From: Marsupella aquatica
Lineage: Eukaryota > Plantae > Marchantiophyta
Length of the DNA: 64,000 bases
Reading direction: 5' to 3'
Assembly (NCBI GenBank): GCA_973895155.1
Contig: OZ316892.1
Span: 21,577,619 to 21,641,618 of the forward strand
Under the pieces are notes generated by a model, which saw nothing but the letters and a program-made list of their open reading frames with translations, was not told where the DNA came from and did no database searches. A program made the position numbers and the translations under genes. Of the stretch, positions 50,763-64,000 are shown in pieces (position 1 is the stretch's first letter; each line of letters begins with the position of its first letter).

Positions 50763-51592
50763 TGCAAGTTGCGGAACTCGACTACCTTAACACTTAGCTT
50801 CGGCGTCGCTGACTCCGACGTTGAGCTCCCCTATGGTCCAGGCCCGGATAGGCCATCTGGGAGGACTTAGCATGGGGAGACTTGTGGGCAGTGAGATGTG
50901 CCGCTAGCGAAGGCAAGGAGCCAAGCTGGTGACACACACTAAGGACTTGGACTAGCCGAGAGCTGGTCGGTTCAAGGGGAAAAGGGGCTGGGCTCAAGGT
51001 TGACCGTCTGGACCCCCGGACGAAATTTGAGTTTTGAGGGCTTGAGTGAGAGCTCCTCTTGGGCCCAAGGCCAATGGAGTTGACGCCATGATGGGCAACG
51101 AACGCTTGGGGCGCAAGTTATGGCCCGATCTGGGTTGGGCCGGTCGGGGGCTCTGAGCGGCGATGAGACCTGAGGGCCTAGGCATGAGCACTGGGTCGGC
51201 CCGATCACAACAGGCTAAGGCACTCCGCTTGCGGATGCCTAACAAGAAAGTTATGGTGTTGCCAATTGGTGTCGCGCCCAATATGCGCAATAGGATCCAG
51301 GTTGGAGGCCAAAAGTTTAGGGACCAAAGTTGGTCCAAGGGTGGCAGGTCTCCAAAAGCATATATGAGGGGAGTGGTGTCTCCTTGGGGGCCAAGGGCGA
51401 GCTGAAGTCGTGAGCCGCGGTGATCGCGACACTAAGGGAAAGCGTCAAACGGAAGTGGTGATATCTTCCCAACGGGAAGGTCGTTGGAGAACTTCTTAGG
51501 TGCGTTGGAAAGCTCTCAAGAAGGGCATAGCCCTCCTTAGCTCAACTAGGTCTGGGGCATCATGAGTTCTTGGGGTTTTTGGGTGTTAGCTC
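50763..51592 (+). repeat. Chromovirus 3' LTR (first part; resumes at 63917 after the copia B insertion)
   Basis: TG follows a purine tract AAGGGGG downstream of the chromodomain. Sequence is colinear with the reverse complement of 39347-38440 across the copia insertion. Confidence 0.7.
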
Positions 51593-51941
51593 TGTTGAGT
51601 ATAGACGATAATCGCAACGGCAAGCCCATGAACCATCCAACGCACAAGAGTCGACAAAAAGAGATACATGGTTCACCTCCACATGAGGCTACGTCCACGG
51701 GAACACACATGAGCTTTATTGCACTCTAGGCCGACCGGCCATACCAAGCATCCACAGCGCAAGCTCTCTCTATCTCTCAACTAGCTCCGTAACAATGAGC
51801 CTGAGTTCTCACTCTCCAAGCAAACACCGCTTGAATGGTTATAGAGTGTGCACAGCATGACTAACCTAACTAAGTCTATGACTAAGGTTAGCCTTAACTA
51901 CGGTACAGTCGTAACTCTAGACCTAAGAGTAAATCCTAACA
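51593..51941 (-). repeat. 3' LTR of copia B
   Basis: Direct repeat of 63567-63911, roughly 90% identical by eye. Confidence 0.95.
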
Positions 51942-54086
51942 ATCTCCCCCTTGACTCTGGTCTAGGGGAGGATAAAGACTGCTACCAATATGATTGCTCA
52001 GTGGGAAGTTCTGGAAAGAAAAACCAAACCGGTTTTTCCCTCTTTATACGAGAGTAGACCAGAACTAAGCCGTAGCCTATACAAGGAATGAGCAAGAGCA
52101 TATCTCAAATATCTACACAAATGTTAAGTAACCCTACTTGTGAGGCAATTGCAAAACCTATAACGCATCACGGTGTCTAGAAAAACTCTCCGAAGGAATC
52201 ACTATGGTAAAAGCGTCAGCCGAGTTGAGTTTACCGTCAATCTTGACTAGCTCAAACATATTATCAAACACAGCTTGCCTGATAAAATGGTATCTATCAT
52301 CGATGTGCTTCACTCTGTTGTCCATCACCTGGTTCACAGCAAGGTGGAGTGCACTCTGACTATCATAATGGAGCTTCACATTCCCCTGTGGCAATCCCAT
52401 CTTAGTGATAAGTCTATCCAACCAAATTGCTTTCTTTGCTGCTTCCGCTGCTGCAACATACTCCGCTTCTGTAGTAGACTGAGCAATACACTTCAATCTG
52501 CAAAATAGACCTCCAACTTATGCATCCACCTCCCAGTGTGAACACATAACCTATTGTTGACCTCCTCCGATCCAAATCCTGTGCATAGTCAGCATCTACA
52601 TCTAGCCCATCAATGATCTAGCATTATCAGCATGTGCATCAAACAATAGACCATGATCCACGGTACCCTTTAAATACCAAAAAATCCACTTCACTGCTTC
52701 CCATTGTACCTTCCCTGGATTCGACATATACCTGCTCACCTTGCCCATAGCCATGGCAAGATCAGGTCTAGTGCAAGTCATCAAATACATGAGACTCCCC
52801 ATTGCCTTGTCATAAGGAACCTTTGACATCAGCTCCTTCTCTGTCTCATCCGTAGGATAGAACGCTGATGACAACTTGAAGTGTGGAGCCAACGGGGTAC
52901 TCACTGGCTTACTCTCCCCCATGTTGAACTTTGCAATTACCTTCCTTGCATAACTGCTCTGCGTCAACCATAGCTTGCCAGCCTCCAAGTCCCTAGTGAT
53001 CTCCATACCCAAAATCCTCTTAGCTGGCCCTAAGTCCTTCATCTTAAACTCTGCATTTAGCAGTGCCTTGAACTTAACAATCTCAGACCTATCCTTGGCT
53101 GCAATAAGCATGTCATCCACATAAAGTACTAAAACAATGAACCCAAAAATAGCATTCTTTGCCGATTTAAGATACACACATGGGTCAAACACACTCTTGT
53201 GAAAGCCTTGTGCACAAATCCAATCATCAAACCGCTTATTCCACTGTCTTGGTGACTGCTTCAACCCGTACAAGGATCTCAGCAATCTGCAAACCAAATC
53301 CTCTTGCCCTTTCTTCACAAAACCTAGCGGCTGTCTCATGAAGATCACCTCTTCCAAGGTGCCATAGAGGAAAGCTGTGACAACATCCATCTGATCTAGC
53401 AGCAGACCAAACATAACAACAAAAACACACAATAGCCGTATTGTTGAGTACTTAGCAACTGGTGAGAAGACCTCATTGTAATCCACACCTTTTTCCTGTG
53501 TGAATCCCTTGGCTACCAACCTAGCATTGTAGATCTTTGATCCACCTCCTGTGGATTGATCCTTCAGCTTGTATATCCACTTCCTGTCGATCACATGCTG
53601 TCCCTCAGATAGCTTGACAAGCTCCCAAGTTTTGTTGTCCTTTAGTGACTGCATCTTCATTTGCATTGCTGCAGTCCACTCCTGCTACTCCTTAGAAGCA
53701 CTTGCCTCATGAAATGAAGAAGGTTCCCCTTCTTCCAAAATCAACGCATCACCCTCATCGTTAGTAACAAAATCCTCCTCTTGCAACTAAGATGAGTCAA
53801 CCCACTGTCCATACCTTGGTGGAGCGCGTACAGTGCAACCAGATGTTCTTCTAGTTGATGACTCCGGTTGATTTGCATGTGTTGGTACAATCTAAAGCTC
53901 AACATCATCCCCTTGCTGCTCACCAGCATCAACAAACTCCTCTGGTTCCTCTGGCATGGGAACCAACTCCATAATTGGAGCAACTCCTTCTCTCCGGTCA
54001 TGCACCTCATGACCAATCTCCCCCTCAACGAGATCCGGGATAAGAGATTTTCCTTTGTCAATACGAGAGACCTGAGTATTCTCCCC

Positions 54087-54383
54087 CTCGGGGGTTTCAC
54101 TTCCACAAAAATGGCATATCACGTGCGACAAAGGATAGGGTCATTTTATTGATTGTAAGGGAAGACTTAAGAATTTTTGTAGAAGAACAATAGGGTCTTT
54201 TAAATTCAATTTTGAGACTTATAAGAACATTAGGGCCTTTTTAATCCAATTTTTGGAATATTCCAAGAATATTCCAACTTTATAGGGGTTAAAAAATAAT
54301 ATTTTTTTCTTACATTTTAGGGGGTCCAAGGCCTAAAAACGTCGCAGGTGATGGGGAGGTCCCCATGTAGTGAGACCCCCGAG
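54087..54383. mobile_element. 297-bp MITE (CTCGGGGG family), 8-bp TSD TTCTCCCC
   Basis: The empty site is visible in copia A (~1354-1361). TIRs and TSD are present. Confidence 0.95.
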
Positions 54384-54564
54384 TTCTCCCCGTCCTTCAA
54401 TAATCTGGATTCATTGAAGAAAACGTCCCTACTGACAACAAGCTTATAGGCAATAGGATCCCATAGCCTATAGACACCACTCTGGTACCCAAGAAAAACA
54501 CATTTCTTGGACGTAGGATCCAACTTGGTCCTATTCTACTTTGGTGTGAGAGCATATGCATCAC

Positions 54565-57500
54565 TGTGACCCCGCCGGTACGGTGGCTAATAAATGATTC
54601 GGCCTAACCATGCTTAGCACGCGCAGTAGAGGTATCTTAGGCCGTAATTATTAGCATAACGATAGTATTTAGATAGCTATTATGAGTAGGAAATCATTAG
54701 TCAATAAGGGGCGTTCGTGTTCAGGCTGGCAACGGGTTGCCATTCGCACGCCCGGGTTACAAGCGTGTAAGGGGCCCTCCCCTCTTTCCCCTCAGGTCCG
54801 TATAATGAACTTTGGGAGGCAGCCACTGACACGCGCTGACCCGGACTGGCGAAGTGGCCGGTACACTGCAAGCATGAAAGGCTTGGCCTATAAGCGACGA
54901 GGAGGCGACAGGCGATTGACAAGCTCTCAGGGTATAAAAAGGGGGCCGATCCTTTGTAGTGCACCAGTTCTTCAGTCCACGCGCCAGCTTTGACCCCAGT
55001 TCTCTTGCTTATCCTTAGTCGCCTTCCATCTCCTCTGAATGTCGCACACAATCCTTTCCAGTTTGGCCATACGATTCTGGATGCAGTTCCTGTCTATTGG
55101 AGGGCACTTGGCCAACTCATTGAAACACGCCAACCCGCGACGATACGAGATCAAACGCGAGTACGAGAGAGCCATGATCCGCCTAGCAGGCCACCATCAC
55201 TATCTCCTTAACTTTGATTACCCGTCCCAGAGCGAGCTTTATCAGGGTACTTAAGTGAGATCCGTTGTCAATGATGTGGATCTCAACGATGACAAAGAGG
55301 CTACCTTACCCCTGCTTAGGCGGCCTAGAGGAGCAAGTACCCAGGGAGCCAGCACTACATCGCCCCTCCCCCAGGCCCGGACCCAAGTAGCGGCTCCAGC
55401 GAACAACATAGTGACCATAGCCGCCCCGGCCCCAATACTAACGGCGGTGGCACTACCTATACCCGATCGAGAGGATGGGGAGGTGTCACCCTCCCTGAGC
55501 CAGTCTCAAGGAAAGAAGAGGAAGGAACCCGCAGCTATATCCGGGTTACCCATGGCCACGGTAGCCGCGGCCAAGGTAACAATGCACCACATGGGGGAGA
55601 ACGTGCATAAGAACATCCTCCACCCCAAACATGCGGTGTACTTGAAGACTCAGGGGTTCAAGCACCTTGCCTCTCTCCCCTAGAACACCTGCAGGTACTA
55701 CGGGGAGGACATGACGGAGTTCGTCAAGAATTATGACGATGTCTGTCAGCATACTCGGCTACGGGGGAGGAATATGTCCCTCATAGAGGAGCGGCTCAGG
55801 ATGATCTTTGGGCTATCCAAGGGCGATCACCAAGTCGAGTCACGGGCTCCTAGGGGCAAAGGAGCCAAGTATCAATCCTTGAGTTTTCCCTCCGAGGGGT
55901 CAATGGACAACGGGTTTGTGATGAGGCTGCCTCATCCTCGAGATAGCCGAGCAGTTGGAGTTCCAGAGGTACGCCCTCCACATGATGGAACCCTGGGGCA
56001 AGATCTCCGCTGCCCAGGTTATCCAGGTCGAGAACTATCGACCTAGGAAGTGGGCGTCGTACTTCGCTAAGAAGTTCCATGAAGAGATGGAGCGGCAAAG
56101 GAAGACGCTATACATCGGTGGGAAGGCGTATTTCGCGAGCCACATTGAGATCATTCTCGAGTGGTACGTCCGGTTTGATTGACGAACCCTTTTCTGGGTC
56201 AACGTAACTAAGTTGGTCCCAGCTAGGTGGGTCTTCCCAACCCTGGACAGACGGCCTCAACCTGAGGCTTGAAGTCTGGCGGCCACACAGGCCTCGCCTA
56301 CCCCACCCCCACAAGTAGTTGTAGCCGTGCCCGAAGAGGTACCGGACGAGGTAGTGATCGCAACCTTAGATGCGATCGACCAGGCCGAGCCAAGAACAAA
56401 AGGTGGGGCGGTGGAGGCCTTTCCCGAGCCCGAGGGTCCAGAAGACCCACCGGTGGCTATTCCGGAGGACAGGACGATGATGGAGGAGGACACTCTAGCC
56501 CCTTCCAACACTACATCCCCAAGCTGGATGTCACTACCCCGGCCCCCGCGCGAGTTGATGTCTACCTGTGCCCAACCCCACATGGGCACAACCTGGACCA
56601 CCCGGAACTCTTTGTACCGGGTACATTTCTGAATAAGCTTTTGGGAGATTTCTCCCAACAGATAGCCCGGGATACTGGGGAGTTCATGGCTTGAAAGGTA
56701 GCCTACTTCTTCAATCAGGAGTTGGTTACCACAGTAAAGGCAGGTCGGGCTCAGTCAGAGGCCCTTCAGAGGATAGAGCAATACCGGGTTGAGTCCGTGT
56801 ACCTAAAGGACAAAGTTACGGCTCAAGAGGCTGAGCTTCTGCAACTACGACCCAAGGTTGCAGCCGCCGATGAGTTGTTAGCAAATGCGCATGCCCTTAC
56901 CGCCTTAGCCGAACAGGCCAAAGCTGGGAAGGAGGCCGAGATTGCACGGCTCCGGACCCAGGTTGACAGTTTAAAGAACCAAATTGTCATCTGGCACAAA
57001 GACCTGGAGGAGGCACTACGGAGATTGCCACCCTACAGGCCGAAGTAGCACGGCTTCAAGCCGAAGCCGAGAAATAGACCCAGGTGGTGGACAAGTTGAC
57101 GAGCAACGCCCAACAACTGGAAGAGGCATGCTAGGAGGTAGCTGAGGAGACGGACACGGCGAAGTGAGAGAACGAATCTCTGCTAGACCAAGTCCAGCTC
57201 CTCAAGATGGACAACGATAGACTCCGTAGGCAGCGGGATGGCCGCTCCCACTCGGACGGCTCTGGCAAGCACACTAGGCATTAGCGGAGGGTTAGGCTTA
57301 AAATAGACTTAGGAGTAGCTAAAATAGGCTGTTAGGATAGGTGCCGGTCAGAAGATAGTGGCGCTGACACACTAGCCAGCCTATGTAGAATAGGTTAGAC
57401 TAATAGAACACGTAGTCACCAGCTTGCAAGGATATAAGTTAGCGTAGATTCGGGCACGAGGCCAAGCTGGTCCTCAGCCCTTAGTATTTAGTGGCCCCCC

Positions 57501-58165
57501 AATAGAAGCCGGGGGGATTTTAGACTCAAAAGTTGGCCATTTGCGGTACGCGCGGGGAGTCCCAAACTTGGTGAAGTGCCGGAGTGCCAAGGGGAGGGTA
57601 TACGACTAAGCTCGTCGGGCGAGTGCGGAGCCGGGCTCCGTTGTACAGTGTATACCCCTCGGCCTTGGACCCGTTCATTCACGAGGTGTCGGGTCAACCA
57701 ATTGTATGTGTATGATCATATATGAATGAAATCCTTTCCCCTCAATTCCTTCGTGTAAATCGAGATTTCTGTTATGTATGAATGCATGTATGAGTCTCGT
57801 GTGCAAGTATCAATGTCGGGCCGAACACGTTATGCCAACTGTGCACGGGGTGCAGGTTACGAGTACGGGGTTGCGAGCCCGGGTTGAGCCCTTGTACTAA
57901 TGGACCCGTATCAAAGGCGGTAACACAAAGGCTTAGAAGTCCGTAAGCCGGGGTCAAACCCATGTCGACTAAGGTACGTTCCGGCGGCGGAACACAAAGC
58001 ATACCTAAGCATGCTAGTAAGTAAATATATGCGCTCTTAGCGCTTATTAGTTTGGTAGAATTATATGCAGTCCGCACGTCCCTCCCTGCCCGGACCCGAA
58101 TATTGACAAGGGAAGTGTTCATCTTAAACGTAAATAGGCCTAAGGACTAGGCCGACGGCGTGACA
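54565..58165 (+). mobile_element. 3,601-bp TG...CA element, 5-bp TSD ATCAC (copy 2)
   Basis: Ends are TGTGACC and CGTGACA. ATCAC at 54560-54564 and 58166-58170. The empty site GCATCACTTCC is present in copia A. Homologous end to end to 46128-50141, inverted. Confidence 0.93.
55039..57284 (+). pseudogene. Decayed copy of the ~882-aa ORF (stops, frameshifts, ~400-bp deletion)
   Basis: ORF pieces at 55039, 55255, 55711, 55955, 56327 and 56722 align to 47027-49675. TATAAAAA at ~54933. Confidence 0.88.
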
Positions 58166-60349
58166 ATCACTTCCAAAAACTATCAAGTCATGATAGTCTG
58201 CTTGTCGCTTATAGCGCATCTCAAACGGCGTTTTGAAATTGATAGCACTAGAAGGAGAAAGATTTACCAAATAAGCTACGGTATTGAGAGCTTTTGCCCA
58301 AAAATTTTGTGATAAACCTGATTGGCTCAACATACTCCGTGATCGCTCCAACAGTGTTCGATTGAGCCTCTTAGTGACACCATTCTGTTTTGGAGTATAA
58401 ACTGTGGTGAGATGGCAAGTTATCCCCTGTTCTGAATAATACTCTTCAAATTCCACTGAAGTGTACTCCCCGTCGTTGTCTGACCTCCTACTCTTCACCC
58501 TTGTATCCAAACACTTGACCATGTTTCCAGCCTGACTCTCCACATGGGCCTTCCATTTTCTTAAAAATGGACAAGACATCAGACTTATGCGTCATGAAAT
58601 AAATCCACACAAATCTTGAGTAATCGTCAATAAATGATATATAGTACAACTTTCCAGAGTGTGAGGGAGTCAAGGATAGACCTCACACGTCACTATGTGT
58701 GTACTCAAGAACCGCTTTGGAACGATGAGTTCCAACACCGAAAGCATGACGATGCTGCTTTCCAAGAATGTAGTGCTCACAAAACTCTAATTTACAAGAT
58801 TGCAAATCAAAAATGAGTCTATTCTTCCGTAAGATATCCAAACCCTTCTCACTCATGTGGCCTAGTCGGGAATGCCGCAATTGAGTCATCTCCTCGTGAG
58901 ACTTGGTTACATTGGCCTCTCCACATACAGTATTGCCCTGCAATACATACAAATTCTTTTGTCTACTCCCCTTCAAAATCACTGTCTCTCCCAACCTGAC
59001 TTGAAGTTCACCATCAACAGCTCCATTGATGACCATTTGAATCCAACACATCGAGTGAAATCAAATTCTTACACATGCGAGGTACATACCTGACTCCGGA
59101 CACTGTGCGCACAGTGTCATCAAACATTTGAATCTTCACAGACCCAATACCCTCAATTTGACAGGAGTGATCATTTCCCATCAAAACCGAACCGTTTGGA
59201 ACAGAGTAAGAACTGAAAAACTCACGAATGTAACAAATGTGAAAAGAGCAAGCACAATCAAGAATCCACACATCATCTGCTCTCGGAGATGACATGCATA
59301 GGGCATACCCCTGGCTTCATAATACATACTCATCATTGAGTAAATCAACATCTCCATCAGTCCTAGGCATATTTGCCGATGAAGATTCAGTTGCCTTTCC
59401 CTTACAGTCTCTCTTGAAGTGTCCAACCTGGTTGCACTTCCAACATGTCACTTGCCTTCTCTGAGGGGATTTGCCTCTGGACTTAGATCTGGATTTAGAT
59501 CTAAACAGGGTTCTACGGTCCCCAGTTGGTCGCTGCATACTCCTCCCACGGTTAACATTGAGGGCATCACCAGATGATGACAGCTGTGACGTGATGTGCA
59601 TCTTCTGTTGAAGATCATCACTAAGCAGAGAACTTACCACGTCATTGTATGAAATGGTATCCCTATCACGATGCAACAACACCCGTGATAGGGACTGGTA
59701 AGATGGAGGCAATGAACTGAGAAGCTGTAGAGCCTTCATCTCATCATTCAAAGTCTCCCCAAGGTTTTCCAAGTCAACAACCATGTCGTTGAAAGTATCT
59801 ACATGGTCCTGTAACTTCGTACCGGATTCCTTCATCCTGAAACTCATCAGTTTGTAGGAAGTATAGAGCTGGTTCAAAAACTCCTTGCGATGATACTTGC
59901 TCTACAATTCCGCAAACAAGGACATGCAATCCTTATGTGCACCCAACTGTTTGATGATGGGAGGCATGAGATAGAGTGTAACACACCACACTCCCTGCTC
60001 ATGCGGTCCCATTGTTTCTCATCAACATCGTCTTCACGAAGGCTCAGCAGTTGGCCCATCCCTGACGCATAGAGCACTTCCTTCACTTGCTTCTCCCATA
60101 GCAAGTAGTCAGAGCGCCCATCATACTTTGTCACTTCATACTTGGGTCCCCCAAGCTTGAATGTCCCCATCTTCTTCTTTGGCACTACCGTGAGCTCCGA
60201 TAGTAATACTGCTTCCTCCACCACACGTCGCACCGGTGATGGTACCGGTGTCACGTGCTTTTCCTCTTGCTCCTCTCTTCCACCTCAAACAGCCGTGGTG
60301 ATCCTCGTGCTTCAAGTTCCACGTCTTCAAAAATCTCCTTAGAATCACT

Positions 60350-62890
60350 CATATGAGAAAATCACAAAAAATGTTGTTTTTCACAACTTCTCAAAAAACT
60401 CAAACTAAACACCACCGCGTAGCCCACTAAGCTAGGAGTCCAACACTAAAAACCAAAATCAAAATTAAAATTCGACGGAAAAGTTATTCAAATTTTGGTC
60501 GGGGTGGGTAAAACCTTGGGGAACTCCCCCATTTTGACCACCTCAAGGAATAACCAAAATGCCAAGTACAACCCGTCGTCGGAATTGCAATTTGATCAAT
60601 GCGCTGCATTGCTAACTTCAATGGCTACGACCTTGCCGAAAAAGAACCGAAAAAGTTACCGTTCGGCGTGCGGAATCTTTGTCGGATGGCCAAAAAATAG
60701 CTCTCTATTTTTTGGGAATATTCCCACACAGTCCGACAAGTCTCATAGGGGGCCGTACCCCTGTCCAAGCGGTTAAATCCGGGGGTCACCGGGATCGGGA
60801 GAACCGATAGAAAAGTCGAGAGAAAAAAACAAAAAATTGGGCCCTAAAGGGGTTTAAGGCCTCTTAACATCAAATTCCTGTGTATAAGGGTCGGGCCATA
60901 TGCGGGAGGGCGTTGCAAACGGGGCAGCTGTCACAATTGCGTATGCAGTCGCGTACAATGGCAGGCTGTCGGGGAGGGGGTTACAAGTCACGGCCGAAGG
61001 GCAGGGGCTCGGGTCGGGAGGAGTCGCCGAGCAGGCGACGAAGGGCAGGGTTTTGGTCGGCGGGCCACAACCCGTGGCTTGTAGGGTCACCGGCGGGAGG
61101 GCAAAAGGAGGCCGGGCTGGCTGTGTGCAGCGTACGATGCGCCGGCCGACGCTATGTAGGCCGTCGAGGCCTCGTACAGGAGTATCGGGGTCGGGGGAGT
61201 CGAAGGTGTAAGGAGGGAGGGGCGGTCGTGTGTGTGTATAAACACACAACAAGAAGCCTTAAAGGATGGGTCCAAGGCCTTAATTCTCTTTTTCAAAATT
61301 TTCTGATTTTCCAAAATGTCATAGAAAACAACACAAAAAATCATCATATATTTAATATTTCCTGACCTTGGATTTTCACACCATAATTAACACAATGCTT
61401 TAGACACAAGTTTTTTCATAATTAATATTTCCAAATTTAACTCCTCAATATAAGTCTCAACATTGGAGTTTGGGCTCAAAGATCACCAACAAATTAAATG
61501 TTACAAGAAAATATACTCTTTATGAACAAAGTCACTAACAACATCAGAGATCAGAAGCCTTTACCCATCACAAATCAACACTCAATTGCCCTTGACAACC
61601 TATGTTTAATCGCTAATTGCCTATCTTGTACCCTTTACGGGTTACATGTTGTCATTTTGTCCATTGCAACTGGTCGCAACTCGCCCATTGCAATGTGCCT
61701 ATCATAGCTCACTCCTGAGCTCACTCATCTTCCATCATGGATTGTTGTTAACCAACTTTGCCCTTCGCCTTTTAAAAACCTAAGCTTAGTGTCTTCATGA
61801 AGCTTGTGCATCCAAAAGCTTCATGATTTCATGAACCCTGTTTTCAAGATTCTTTAATCTTGATCCAAGATTCTTTTTTATGAATTCATGAAGTGAATCT
61901 AGCATCAAGTATGGGAATCTTAAAAAGAGAGAAAATTGCATACAAACATAAAGAAAATAATTAAAAGAAAGGTTACTCAAGACAAAGAAAATGACAAAAA
62001 AAGGAACAAAAAATGATTCAATTAAGACAAAAAGAGTTATGAATGAAGAATTTGACAAAGAACACAAACTCAAGTAAAGACAAAGAGAGTAATGAATGAT
62101 TACTTTGGAATAAAGTACAAGAAAACATCAACTCCAATAAAGACAAAGAGTATTATAAATGCTAGGAAAACTTTGGTATTTTACTATGCAAGGTTCTAAT
62201 TAAAAATTAAGAATGAAGTTTTTTTCTAAGTGAATGCAAATAAGTATTCCAATCCACTAAAACTTATGTGAACATTAGAGATTTGGGAATGAGAGAGTTG
62301 GAGTAACTATTGCTACTTAAATTTGTTGAGATTCAAAAATATTAAAATGACTAACTCATGAATTCATGAATCATTTCTAAGGGAGGGTTACACTTTGAAA
62401 ATAATAATATTGTAATTGGTTTGTGTGAGATAGATTAAAGACAAACAATTCATTACAAGACTCATTTGAAATTTTTAGTCTATATATGAAAGTGTTTTAG
62501 ATATTTTTGATTCCAATCAACTTTAAGATGATATTTTAAGGATAAACTAGACAAATGATCTCTTGAACATGTGCAAGTGCATATTGTTAAGATTGAAAAT
62601 AGATCGTACGAAGATTAATAATTTATTATGGTTCATTTTATGTTTTGAATGGCTCAAAATGATAACATATTTTGGGCATTTTTTCCATCCATGAAGATTT
62701 TGCAGAGAAAGGGATAGTTTTTAGGTTCATTTTGGGACATTTTTGAGCTTTTTGCGCTTTTGGAGCAAAAGTTCTTTTAGTTTGGGTTTATTACCCATCC
62801 TTTTTGGCTCCTTGTTACACGGTATGCACACACAAGGGGTGACTTAAAACCCCTTTAAAAAATAGTCAAACATAAGGAAAAGTGTCGTTA
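60350..62890. other. Unclassified ~2.5-kb insertion in the copia B gag 5' region (right boundary approximate)
   Basis: Homology to copia A stops at ~60349 and resumes, diverged, near 62950. GC-rich core at 60880-61240 and an AT-rich remainder. Confidence 0.55.
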
Positions 62891-63552
62891 CACACCTTTG
62901 TCGTTGTCGTTTACACGAGAAAAGTGAACGCCATCGACGGGAAAAGTTGCCGAATTTCACCGGCACAGTCTGCTACTCCAGCAGAGAAAAAACTTCCATC
63001 ACGTTGCCTTCACTTTGTGCCAAGTGCCAATCCCAGACTCAAAATGACCGCTTTGTCGCAATTTCACCGTTGAGCCCTAGCACTTAGCATTTCTTCCTCT
63101 GAGTTGGAGTCACGACATGAAAACCCGGTTCAGATGGGAACAAGCTCCATAGCCTGTAAAAAAATCTGAACGCCTCTTTCAATCATCACGATGCACTCAA
63201 TAACCACTTGGCAACAACCCAGCTACCGAAACGATCAGCTTGCTACAATCTTCAACTTGAGCTATAACATGCAATGCCTCTGGCACCGCATAGCTCACCC
63301 TATTGAAAACACAAGCTCTGGTTTCTCCCCCGTAAAACTGTCAAACACAAATAAATCCAGAATGACACAAACTCTGATTCCTCTGCACCACGGATACCAA
63401 CCAATGAGTTCTATACACCAATAGAAATCCCTCTCACTAATCCTATCCGATCAGCCACACAATTCAAGTTTTGTGCGATGAAACTCCAAATGCAACATCG
63501 ACACTGAACGCTGGAAAAACCGTCATGAAAAACCTCGTCACCTCCCAGGCAT

Positions 63553-63564
63553 GCTCTGATACCA
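63553..63564 (-). promoter_or_regulatory. PBS (tRNA-iMet) of copia B
   Basis: TGGTATCAGAGC 2 nt from the LTR. Confidence 0.95.
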
Positions 63565-63566
63565 AT

Positions 63567-63911
63567 TGTTAAGCATAGACGACAATTGCAACGGCAAGTC
63601 CATGAACCATCCAACGCACAAGAGCCGACATAGAGAGATATGTGGTTCACCTCCTCATGAGGCTACGTCCACGGGAATACTCATGAGCTTTACTGCACTC
63701 TAGGCCGACCGGCCATACCAAGCATCCACCACGCAAGCTTTCTCTATCTCTCAACTAGCTTTGTAACAATGAGCCTGAGTTCCCACTCTCCAAGCAAACA
63801 CCGTTTGGTTATAGAGTGTGCACAGCATGACTAACCTAACTAAGTCTGCAACTAAGGTTAGCCTTAACTACTGTACAGTCGTAACTCTAGACCTAAGAGT
63901 AAATCCTAACA
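63567..63911 (-). repeat. 5' LTR of copia B
   Basis: TGTT...AACA, matches 51593-51941. Confidence 0.95.
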
Positions 63912-64000
63912 AGCTCTCTCACTTGCCAAATCCTGCCAAACAGCAGCCCAACCGTGTTCAATCTCCCAAGGGAACTTGCATTGGGGAGGCAAGGCCAAGT

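Larger units (their letters stand above)
52158..60348 (-). pseudogene. copia B gag-pol (Gag, PR, IN, RT, RNase H) with stops, frameshifts and insertions
   Basis: RNase H STTEAEY/DSQSA/KHID, RT YVDDML, and Gag zinc knuckle. Highly similar to copia A. Confidence 0.95.
51593..63911 (-). mobile_element. Ty1/copia LTR retrotransposon B, both LTRs, TSD AGCTC, with nested insertions
   Basis: LTRs TGTT...AACA at 51593-51941 and 63567-63911. AGCTC at 51588-51592 and 63912-63916. PPT adjacent to 51942; PBS at 63553-63564. Confidence 0.97.

Noticed and set aside
51942-51972. Hairpin overlapping the copia B polypurine tract
   Set aside because: The stem is only ~10 bp, imperfect and low in complexity, and there is no second copy in the window to test conservation.
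60854-61365. GC-rich ORFs in several frames
   Set aside because: They are expected from high GC content and contain no recognisable domain.

Overview
Plant nuclear DNA that is mostly transposable-element sequence around a small gene island. From left to right: (1) A Ty1/copia element on the minus strand, cut by the window start, with an open gag and an open pol separated by a single TGA. (2) A decayed CACTA/EnSpm-like element (~8.6-17.7 kb) with a SET-domain exon sitting between its putative first exon and its TnpD exons. (3) A RING+helicase-C (SNF2/RAD5-like) pseudogene fragment. (4) Two tandem, two-exon SKP1-like genes with inverted fragments of the same family nearby, and a zinc-ribbon ORF. 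(5) A full-length but mutated PIF/Harbinger element. (6) A chromovirus (Ty3/gypsy) remnant. (7) A second copia element with both LTRs, a 5-bp TSD and nested insertions. Five small TIR elements with 8-bp TSDs are scattered through the window. The two strongest candidates for something new are the SET exon in the CACTA element and a two-copy 3.6-4.0 kb TG...CA element with a 5-bp TSD, no LTR pair and no RT/integrase, which encodes one ~880-codon protein. All family assignments come from motif recognition by eye; no searches were run.
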